Source: Candidatus Daviesbacteria bacterium (lineage in GTDB: Bacteria; Patescibacteriota; Microgenomatia; Daviesbacterales; UBA10151). Taken from it: a DNA stretch of 64,000 bases. The stretch covers positions 146,303 through 210,302 of the forward strand of contig JACOXI010000004.1 in assembly GCA_016176335.1 (NCBI GenBank), read 5' to 3'. The notes under the pieces were generated by a model. The model saw only the letters and a program-made list of their open reading frames with translations, did no database searches and had not been told where the DNA came from. This document shows positions 18,167-26,527 of the stretch, piece after piece. Numbering within the stretch: position 1 is the first letter of the stretch; each line of letters opens with the position of its first letter. Made by a program: the position numbers and the translations under genes.

Positions 18167-19390
18167 TTATATTTTAAATCTTCTGTCAGATAAATATGGA
18201 TTGGGTTTACGGCGGATATCCGCGGTTCCTAAAAGTATTCCTCTTTGCAGAGTAAATTCACCGTAGCGGTTATTTATGCTATCAATTGTTTGTATGACCT
18301 TTTCTTGCCGACTGATTTCAGGCAAAAGACTCAAATTTTGAGGATTTTGTGGCTTCAGATTAGAGATAGACACACCAATCATACGGATCTTACCTCCAGG
18401 CCATATCTGATTAAAAATTTTCCAAGCAGTCTTAAATATCTCCAGCCCGTCATTGATATATGGAATGGTTATCTGCATACTTTCTCCATTAAACACTTTC
18501 CCAGCTGATCGGTACCAACAATGGACAGTTTTACCAACCAATTTTTTCGCCCGCAATCTTCGGGCTATTAATTCTGCTAGCTTAAATAGAATTTGCTTAA
18601 TCTCCACCGAATCATCAGTGTCGTGGTCAATGGTGTGCCGGTGGCCTATTGATTTGACCTCTGTTTTTTGCCAAAAAGGAATAATTGGACTCTCATCTAT
18701 TCCCCTGGCCATGTTATACAAGATTTGACTGTAACTTTTAAATGAGGCTAAAAGCCACGGTAAAGGAACCTGGCGCAGAGTCTTGAAGTTAAATATCCCC
18801 ATGTTGTTAAGTCTTGTTTTAATCCTTGATCCTATGCCGCAGATTTGATCTAGGTTGATGGTATCCAATATCGCAATGGCTGCTTTTTGATCAGGAATAA
18901 CCACCAAACCATCAGGCTTTTGTAAAGATCCGGCCAGCTTGGCCATTAATTTGTTGTATGAAATCCCAATTGAACAAGTGATCCACTCACCTACTTCTTG
19001 CTGTATACGTTTTTTGATCTCTTGAGCCAATTCTACTGTACCCTGTAACCTGTTACCTGTAACCTCTAGAAACACTTCGTCAATTGAAAATACTTCCAAA
19101 TATGGGCTGTAGTCCTTTAAAATACCTAAAAAACGTTTAGTTACCTCCAGATACTTATCAGAATCCCCTTGAACCAAAATAATTTGCGGGCATAATTTTT
19201 TAGCCTCCCATATTTGCATTCCTGTTTTTACTCCAAACTGTTTAGCCTCAATAGAGGCTGCCCCAATTACTGTCCTTTCCATACGATCTCCACCAGTTAC
19301 CCCAATAGGTTTTCCTCTTAATCTGGGATTTGCCTGTTGTTCAACAGTGGCAAAATAGCTGTTAAAATCAATATGGATTATGCTTCGCAT
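18167..19390 (-). CDS. dinB: Y-family DNA polymerase IV
   Basis: HIDFNSYFATVE, ASIEAK, SIDE and AKLAGSLQKPDG motifs; little-finger domain. Confidence 0.93.
   Translation of the reverse strand: MRSIIHIDFNSYFATVEQQANPRLRGKPIGVTGGDRMERTVIGAASIEAKQFGVKTGMQIWEAKKLCPQIILVQGDSDKYLEVTKRFLGILKDYSPYLEVFSIDEVFLEVTGNRLQGTVELAQEIKKRIQQEVGEWITCSIGISYNKLMAKLAGSLQKPDGLVVIPDQKAAIAILDTINLDQICGIGSRIKTRLNNMGIFNFKTLRQVPLPWLLASFKSYSQILYNMARGIDESPIIPFWQKTEVKSIGHRHTIDHDTDDSVEIKQILFKLAELIARRLRAKKLVGKTVHCWYRSAGKVFNGESMQITIPYINDGLEIFKTAWKIFNQIWPGGKIRMIGVSISNLKPQNPQNLSLLPEISRQEKVIQTIDSINNRYGEFTLQRGILLGTADIRRKPNPYLSDRRFKI
19036..19065. repeat. Heptamer tandem repeat inside dinB
   Basis: ctgtacc ctgtaac ctgttac ctgtaac ct. 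Confidence 0.7.
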
Positions 19391-19394
19391 AAGT

Positions 19395-19464
19395 AGTCGT
19401 CAGCTTTCAGTCTTCAGCTATCAGATTTCTTGTCTGACGACTGACGTCTGATGACTGATAGCTA
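19395..19464. repeat. Mirror-arranged heptamer repeat array (TCAG-n3 x4 / CTGA-n3 x4), hairpin-forming
   Basis: tcagctt tcagtct tcagcta tcag ... ctgacga ctgacgt ctgatga ctgatag. Confidence 0.75.
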
Positions 19465-19704
19465 TTCTTCCTCTACTGCCTCTAATATCCACTTCATCTT
19501 ACTGGTATCCAACCTTAATCTATAAAAGTTCCCGCCAGATGATACTGAAAAGTGGTAAAAAGTATTGCTGCCATTTTTAGAGGTATGGACTAAATTAATT
19601 TTTTCCACCTTAATTTGCCTGCCATGCCAGAAGAAATAAGAAGGGTGAATTTGACTGCCTTGAAAAAACACCCAGACATTAACAGGCTCTTGAATTTCTA
19701 GCAT
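19462..19704 (-). CDS. Small beta-rich protein upstream of dinB (DUF6504-like)
   Basis: EPVNV...PSYFFWHGR...YRLRLD...KWIL pattern; co-oriented with dinB. Confidence 0.65.
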   Translation of the reverse strand: MLEIQEPVNVWVFFQGSQIHPSYFFWHGRQIKVEKINLVHTSKNGSNTFYHFSVSSGGNFYRLRLDTSKMKWILEAVEEE

Positions 19705-19751
19705 AGACTACATTATTACCCAAATAAAATCCGAAAATCAAGAAGTAAACT

Positions 19752-21651
19752 TTATCTACGAAGCAGTCTTTCGAGAAGCGATCTATGATCCTGAGAGGGT
19801 TTACCGCTCAAGTGTCCTATGAGTATTGGTTGGGAGGTCTCTACTCTTTGTATTCTTCTTGCCAAGATCTGATCTGGGGTTAAATGACCAAACTCCAGTT
19901 CAACCCAAATCATATCTTCCCTGATAGCCAAAGCTGTAGCTAAAGGGTTACTTTGAGCTCCCCCTTTAGGTTCTCTAATAATCTTGTCTATTAGACCTCT
20001 CTCCGCTAAGAAACTGGCTGTGGGTTTCATTCCTTCGGCTGTCCTGATGATATCCTCATAAGTAGGATTTTATATAATATTTGTGCTGCTGATCTGGGTT
20101 CTGCCACATACTCCTGGGCGCCTTCTAACATAGCCGCATAATCAGTTGTAAAATCCAAAGCTAGGTGTCCTCCGCTACCGCCTACCCCTATCAGGTAGCC
20201 ACTGGTAAAATAAGGAAAGTCCAATTGAGCTTTTAAACCGTAGGCAATCCCTCTAAATTGAGTAGCTAACTCATCCTCTATTTTAGGCCTGGCACCAAAA
20301 GTGTGAACAAATGTAGTAATTTGATACTTTAATCTTTCTGCATACGATATTACTGCTAACTCATATTGATAATCCCAGGCAGTAGGATTAGAGTGAGATT
20401 GATCTATGGAGATTTTTCCATCGGGTCTTTGAATATAGCTGGGTTGATTACCTATCACCATTCTCATCAACCTTTTTGAGAGTCTGGGATCATCAATATA
20501 GGCTAAAGCGGCTACTATAGGAGGATACCTTAGATATTTGCTATCGTCTCTCCCGCTTGCTACTTTACCTGAAAACAGAGGTACAAAACCATCAAAAGTA
20601 TGTTGCAGGATGTATAAAGTGTCTGGCCGCCTAAGATCCCCGCTTAAAACCTTATGCTGATCCCAGACTGTTTCTGGTTTAATTGGAATAAATACCATTG
20701 GTAAATCTGCTCTTCGGTGTGACCTTAATACTCTACCTGGTCTAAAAGGTACATGAAAACCATTATGATCAAAATTTATACCGGTAATTTCACGATGATG
20801 TCTCGGTTTAGCAGGGGGTTGATCGGCATTAACTATAATATCCAGCTTCCTTTGCAAATAATTCAAGAGCTCTGCCAGATTATTTAGAATAACATGCACA
20901 GCTCTATTGTTTTCAAAACTATTTTCCACTGTTTGAGCCTCGGCAGGTGGTGTTTTACTCTCATATTCGCCAATAACATCAGGACCGGCAAAACCCATAT
21001 TGCTATTTACCATACCAATTACCGAGTCTGCCATCGGTAATCCGCTGGCAGTCAGACCTCCCCAAACATTTCCCACCAGTACAAACACCAAGGGCTGGTT
21101 AGTTTCTTTCTTAAACTGGTTTAGAGCATGAACAGTTCTTTTCATTTCTCTTAAGCCGCTACTCCTTCTTGTTGTCTTTGTCCACCCGAAGCACAAACTA
21201 CAATCATAGGCACATTAGCTTGGATAGCCAAATTCTTAGCTCTAATAAATTTTTCTCCGGCTACCACCCCCGAAGTACCAGCCATAAACTCCCAATTAAA
21301 AATAATTCCCATAAAATTATTTTTACCCAAAGTACCAATCCCGTATGAGACTGCTTCATTTCTACCTTTTTGGCGTTCCTTAGCCATTTTCTGCTCATAG
21401 GTCTCAACTGTTCCATCAGGTAATACTCTTTTTAAGCCTACGGGATCTTTGATAACTACTAAGTCACCATCTAATTCACGGAGATGAACAGCTCTCCTAA
21501 AAGACTGCATAAAGGCTGGAACATCAATTTTCGGCCTCCCTTCCAAAAAATGTAAATTTCTAAACAAGGCTAGAGAAGCATCCCCCGGATGATCGCCAAT
21601 AATATCAGGGGGAATGTTGGGTCCGTCAGCTTCCGGGTTTGTTGCACTCAT
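19752..21651 (-). pseudogene. accDA: Fused acetyl-CoA carboxylase carboxyltransferase beta+alpha (AccD-AccA), split by two 1-nt frameshifts (real or sequencing artefact)
   Basis: AccD motifs FMAGTSGVVAGEKF, ASGGQRQQEG, WGGLTAS, GFAGPDVI; AccA motifs GVGGSGG, AAQILYK, GLIDKIIREPKGGA. The three ORFs (21151-21705, 20027-21196, 19752-20030) join if one base is added at ~21153 and one at ~20070. Confidence 0.85.
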
Positions 21652-21753
21652 TTTAGGGGGTATCTTAACAGAAAAAATTCTGCTAGTAAATGATGGCTCT
21701 TGCATTTTCTTATAAGGCCTGATATATAATAAACCCTCTGCCTGCTTTTAAAT

Positions 21754-22626
21754 ATGCCGGCACAGTTTGAATTAGAACCATCCGAAGCTGCCTTAGAAAA
21801 AAGAGCCTCCCGCTCTAATGTAATGATTCACGGAACAATCGGTAATGAATTTGCCGGGAAAGTAGCAATAGTTACAGGTGCCAGTAAATTAGAACCAATG
21901 GGTATTGGGGCTGCTACAGCAATAGAGCTTGCCAGGAGAGGTTTGAGAGCTGTCACTATAACTTCCACTCTGGAAAGTGAATCTCGAGCTAAAGAAACTG
22001 CCAAAAGAATTGCTCAAGAGGGAACCTACGTTTTATGGATGGGGGTAGACCATCGCCAAACAGTCGATAATATAGCAGTTGTTGAAGAAACTGTTGGAAA
22101 GTTTGGAGAAGTAAATTACTTAGTTGGCAATGCGGGCAGAATGCACATTAAACCATTACTTCGGGAAACTCATGAAGCCATTGATGATGATCTTAGTTTG
22201 ATGTTAGGGGCTCATGCCCATATGTCCAAAGCTTTAATTGATATTTGTCGACGCACTAAGACCTTAGATAGATTACATGGGATTGTTTTTGTGGGAAGTG
22301 TAATTGGGGATTTAGGAAGCATAGGTCAGATTGGTTACGGGACAGCTAAATCAGGGATAGATGGATTAGTAAGAAACCTTTATTTAGAACTGGGACATTA
22401 CGGAACTCGTGTCAATGCCATTCATCCTGGTTTTGTAGCTACAGAAATGACACAAGCTTTGCAGGGTGAACAGGGAGAAGCTTTTGCCCAAAAAAGGATT
22501 GTCCTAGGAAGAATGGCCCAACCTGAGGAAATTGCTAAAACCGTAGCATTTTTATTAGGACCAGATGCAAGCTATATTACTGGAACTTCACTGGTAGTTG
22601 ATGGTGGATTAAAATTTTTTGGATAA
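21754..22626 (+). CDS. fabG: 3-oxoacyl-ACP reductase-like SDR
   Basis: VAIVTGAS..GIG, NAG, GSVIG, YGTAK, VNAIHPGFVATEM and YITGTSLVVDGG motifs. Confidence 0.82.
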   Translation: MPAQFELEPSEAALEKRASRSNVMIHGTIGNEFAGKVAIVTGASKLEPMGIGAATAIELARRGLRAVTITSTLESESRAKETAKRIAQEGTYVLWMGVDHRQTVDNIAVVEETVGKFGEVNYLVGNAGRMHIKPLLRETHEAIDDDLSLMLGAHAHMSKALIDICRRTKTLDRLHGIVFVGSVIGDLGSIGQIGYGTAKSGIDGLVRNLYLELGHYGTRVNAIHPGFVATEMTQALQGEQGEAFAQKRIVLGRMAQPEEIAKTVAFLLGPDASYITGTSLVVDGGLKFFG

Positions 22627-22628
22627 AT

Positions 22629-24236
22629 ATGGAATCAGATAGAGAATTAACATCAAACAACTTACCTCTGGCTGGAAAAACTGCATTCGTTACAGGAGGA
22701 AATCGTGATATTGGTGCAGGAACAATTCGAGCATTGGCTCGTCTTGGAATAAGTAGAGTAGGCAGTATTCATCGAGATGAAAGAAAGGCAAAACGTGAGC
22801 CAGATGTTGTTAATTATGCTGCTGCACATGGGACAGATGTTAAATTTACTCTCGGAGATATTACGACACCTGAAGGTATACAAACAATTGCAAATATGAC
22901 AAACACTGAACTTGGAGGAAATTTAGATATATTAGTATTAAATACTTCTGGCCAAGGAAGAGATGTAAATGTAGTTGCTGCGAATGCAATTGTTGACGCT
23001 CTTTTACCCAAAATGAATCCGGGTGGAACAATTATGTTCAGACAAAGTGTTCCGGGGCATTATTATGAAGAACTTAGGCAACAAGGACGAGAAGGAGAAA
23101 TTCCAGAGTTTTATAGAGGAATTGCAGAAGTAAAAGGTGAAGGAGAGAAAACACTTCGTGCAAGAATTCCTGAGTTTAATGCCAAAGGGATAAGATTTTT
23201 AGTAGATTGTCCCCCTGAGGTTGCGGGTACAGGTAATATTAGATTATTTACCCGATTCGATAGAAGTTTTTCTGAAAAACACCGAGCACTTCTAGCATCT
23301 TTAGGACTTCCTCATATTATTCCTATCGAAGCAGTTGCACATGTATCTTCTCAAATGCTTGCAAATTCAAATCTGCCAACTGGGTATATAGAACTTTACA
23401 GAGAAACTCGAGATGTGCGCGGACCGCTTTCAAGATTCTATACGGATAGAACAACATATGCAGATCAAGTTAATGACAGATATAATTTTGCCACATTTAC
23501 AGTTCCAGAAACACACACTGATCGAAGTAATGAACCAGCGAATATAGAAGCCATCGAGTTTACGCAGGAAGGTGCAGTTGCCACAACTCACATAACAAAA
23601 GCTCATGCAAAAGATCATTTTAGAGATGAAGTTGGTTTAAATCCTCTTCCTTTGCATAAACAGGTACGAACAGTAGTAGAAGTTGCAGGTGCGATAGTAA
23701 ATAATGGGTCAGATTCACCAAAACGAGTAAGACTTTCTTCATTTGATGGAATACAGTGCATGGGAGCAATTATTCCAGGAACAACAATGGAAACAAGAAT
23801 TACTGTGACGGATCGAAACGATACTTCAATGACCTTTGATGTCCAAATTTCGCGCGATGGAAAACCAGTCACTTCAATGCAACAAGTAACTTGTATTGTA
23901 GAAGATGCCCCATCCTTGGAACAGGAATTACGGGAAAAGTTCTTATTAGAGGATCAAATTATAGAAACAGCAGCGCAAATGGCAGGAATGTTATCTTGGA
24001 ATGCAAATCAAGGGCAGGATTTTTCCCCGCTATTTTTATCAGTGGGTTCGGGCAGATTTTTTGAAAGAGCAAAGGCTGGAGATATCCTAACAGGATTAAT
24101 TAACACCAGACCAACAAGGAGAGGGTCAGACTCAGATGTGCTAATGATAACTGATGGAAGAGAATTAGCAGATATAAGGAGAATTAACTCTATCGTTGTA
24201 AGAACTAATGTTGTCAGAAGAATTTTAGGAATTTAA
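22629..24236 (+). CDS. Fusion of an atypical SDR (enoyl-reductase-like) and tandem FabA/FabZ-like hot-dog domains
   Basis: TGGNRDIG Rossmann motif and Y-x6-K (YRGIAEVK); the C-terminal half has KDHF..PLP and IIETAAQMAG, resembling FabZ GHF..P..P and ILEAMAQ. Confidence 0.7.
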   Translation: MESDRELTSNNLPLAGKTAFVTGGNRDIGAGTIRALARLGISRVGSIHRDERKAKREPDVVNYAAAHGTDVKFTLGDITTPEGIQTIANMTNTELGGNLDILVLNTSGQGRDVNVVAANAIVDALLPKMNPGGTIMFRQSVPGHYYEELRQQGREGEIPEFYRGIAEVKGEGEKTLRARIPEFNAKGIRFLVDCPPEVAGTGNIRLFTRFDRSFSEKHRALLASLGLPHIIPIEAVAHVSSQMLANSNLPTGYIELYRETRDVRGPLSRFYTDRTTYADQVNDRYNFATFTVPETHTDRSNEPANIEAIEFTQEGAVATTHITKAHAKDHFRDEVGLNPLPLHKQVRTVVEVAGAIVNNGSDSPKRVRLSSFDGIQCMGAIIPGTTMETRITVTDRNDTSMTFDVQISRDGKPVTSMQQVTCIVEDAPSLEQELREKFLLEDQIIETAAQMAGMLSWNANQGQDFSPLFLSVGSGRFFERAKAGDILTGLINTRPTRRGSDSDVLMITDGRELADIRRINSIVVRTNVVRRILGI

Positions 24237-24261
24237 TTTTGAAAGAAGTTATATAAAAAAT

Positions 24262-25632
24262 ATGTCAGGATATGTTGAATCATCTACATATTGGGAATCT
24301 GCCAGAGCCAGAGGTGTGACTTTAAACAGAACTCCCGAAACTCGGGTAGTTGTAACCGGGATAGAGGCTATGACTCCTTTAGGATATCTCTCGGAAACCA
24401 TGCAAGCATTCCGGGAAAGTCGATCAGGGGTAATTTCCAGGGAAGTTGGAAATTGTCATACCAGACTTCAGGCCCCTCTTCCTGAATTATTTGATCCGAT
24501 GAGTGAGCTTACTAGAGAAGAGAGAAAAATGATGGGCTTTTTAGGTGCAATGGAGGTTGTGATTGCTCGAAGAGCCGGCAAAGCAGCAGGAGTAATTGGA
24601 GAAAATGGCCGATTATTGGATAGGGTAGCTCATAAAAATAGGGTTGGGGCATGGATTGGCAGCGGTATTGCAGAAGCTCCATATTTAATTGAGGTGGATA
24701 AACACTTGCATCGGGAAGTTAATGGTGTGGTAGATCCGGTGGCAAACTCCCGCCGTATTTCACCGACCTTAGCAGTCAGAGTTTTTCCAGAAGAACCAAA
24801 TGGAGATGTAGCAAGATTACTTGGTTTATCAGGAGAAAGTGGTAACACTGTCGAAGCTTGTGCTACAGGCGCTTCCAATATATATCATGGATATAAGTCA
24901 ATCTTAAGTGGAGAAAATGATATTGTTTTTGTCGGAGGTTTTGAAGAAACTCTTAGGGAGCATGCCAGAATGGTTCTTGGTATTTTTGCCGGTATTAACG
25001 CTCTATCTACCAGAAACGATAGCCCGGAAACTGCCAGTAGGCCATTTGATAGTGGTAGGGATGGTTTTGTGGCAGCTTCCGGTGGAGCATTGTTAGTTTT
25101 AGAGGGATTAAATCACGCATTAAGAAGGGAGGCCCCAATTTTGGCTGAAGTTTTAGGAGCAGCCAAATCAATTGATGGGCATGCTAAGACCGAATCACTC
25201 CCACTTCGGATTGCAGATACTATTGCCCAAGCACTTTATGATCCTTCTACAGGAGGACTTTGGAAACCTGACGGGTTTTTTGCTCATGCTACTTCCACCC
25301 AAATAGGCGATAAAAATGAAGCTGAAGCTTTTCAGCTTGTTTTTGGTGATGAAACTGGAGATATTCCGGTTACTGCCATTAAATCGTTTATAGGGCATAC
25401 TTTAGGAGGAGCTGGAGCTGTTAATGCTGCCGTAGCAATACAATCTTTACTGGATGGAGAAATTCCTCATATTCTGAACTTACAAAACCCCGATCCTGAA
25501 ATTACTAACGCAGTAAAGATGACCTTTGTCAGAAATCATTTTATGAAACATCCGATGAGAACTGCATTAGCAGTGGCTTATGGTTTTGGCGGGTATAATT
25601 GTGCATTACTACTTGGGAGGTATATACCTTAA
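24262..25632 (+). CDS. fabF: Beta-ketoacyl-ACP synthase II
   Basis: RVVVTG, active-site EACATG, SRPFDSGRDGFV, AHATSTQIGD, KSFIGHTLG and GFGGYN (Cys-His-His triad). Confidence 0.92.
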   Translation: MSGYVESSTYWESARARGVTLNRTPETRVVVTGIEAMTPLGYLSETMQAFRESRSGVISREVGNCHTRLQAPLPELFDPMSELTREERKMMGFLGAMEVVIARRAGKAAGVIGENGRLLDRVAHKNRVGAWIGSGIAEAPYLIEVDKHLHREVNGVVDPVANSRRISPTLAVRVFPEEPNGDVARLLGLSGESGNTVEACATGASNIYHGYKSILSGENDIVFVGGFEETLREHARMVLGIFAGINALSTRNDSPETASRPFDSGRDGFVAASGGALLVLEGLNHALRREAPILAEVLGAAKSIDGHAKTESLPLRIADTIAQALYDPSTGGLWKPDGFFAHATSTQIGDKNEAEAFQLVFGDETGDIPVTAIKSFIGHTLGGAGAVNAAVAIQSLLDGEIPHILNLQNPDPEITNAVKMTFVRNHFMKHPMRTALAVAYGFGGYNCALLLGRYIP

Positions 25633-25634
25633 TT

Positions 25635-26501
25635 ATGGCAGCCGAAGATAACGCCTCTAGAATTAATCATCCTTTCCAAGATGGCAGAATGAATTTTACT
25701 GCTTTCTCCCGCTGTCTCGAATACCGTAGAGAGGTTGCAGAGTTAATGTTGGAAGCTTTGCCTTATCTTCCAGAAAGATTTACTCAGGTTGATATTGGTG
25801 CAGGGAATGGTCTAGGCACTCAAGTAACAAAAGGAATGACAGAAGTATTTTTACGGAGGGCAGCAGTCTACGGTATAGATCCTGACCCGTATGCCATAGC
25901 GCAAGCTTCCAAAGATACCCCATCTTCTGAAAGGTGTGAAATTGCTTTCATAGAAGGATTTGGTCAGGACATTGAAACTTTAGTGGCAGGCAGAATTCCT
26001 AAGGAAGGGGCTGATATGGTATCTATATTAGATGCAGTGCATGAATTTCCACCTGATGCTCAGTTCCCCATTATACAAGCTGGGGCACGGGTTTTAAGAC
26101 CTGGTGGAATCTTTGTGATGAATAGTACTTTTACCTCAATTGCTACGGAGGAAAACCCGGCTGCATGGGGTTTCCCGGCAGTAAAAGCAGCATTAAAGTT
26201 TGGAGGAAGGAAGGCCAAACAACCAGGTCTTCTTCAGAGGCCTCCGGAAGAATATACACAAATGCTTCGAAACACGGGCTTAGAGGTAATTTATTATCAG
26301 GTTGTAGGTGTAACATTACCAACCAGTGCAATGGTAGCTATTTGTCAGTATCCGGGATTTGTAGAAGGTGTCAGAAAAAGTTTTGTATTTGATAATGAGC
26401 CAACCTTGGAGCAGTTAAGCGAGGAGCTTCAGATACGTTATGGGAAATCTAGGCCGCTGCCGCGTAAATGGGTTCGATGGATTGGTCAAAAACCTGCTTA
26501 A
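25635..26501 (+). CDS. Class I SAM-dependent methyltransferase
   Basis: VDIGAGNG, GIDPD and RVLRPGG motifs; starts 2 nt after the fabF stop. Confidence 0.88.
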   Translation: MAAEDNASRINHPFQDGRMNFTAFSRCLEYRREVAELMLEALPYLPERFTQVDIGAGNGLGTQVTKGMTEVFLRRAAVYGIDPDPYAIAQASKDTPSSERCEIAFIEGFGQDIETLVAGRIPKEGADMVSILDAVHEFPPDAQFPIIQAGARVLRPGGIFVMNSTFTSIATEENPAAWGFPAVKAALKFGGRKAKQPGLLQRPPEEYTQMLRNTGLEVIYYQVVGVTLPTSAMVAICQYPGFVEGVRKSFVFDNEPTLEQLSEELQIRYGKSRPLPRKWVRWIGQKPA

Positions 26502-26527
26502 CTTCTTAATGGTAGAATATATGGTTC

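Noticed and set aside
20060-21160. Programmed ribosomal frameshifting in accDA
   Set aside because: No canonical slippery heptamer or obvious stimulatory structure is at either site; simple 1-nt deletions explain both.
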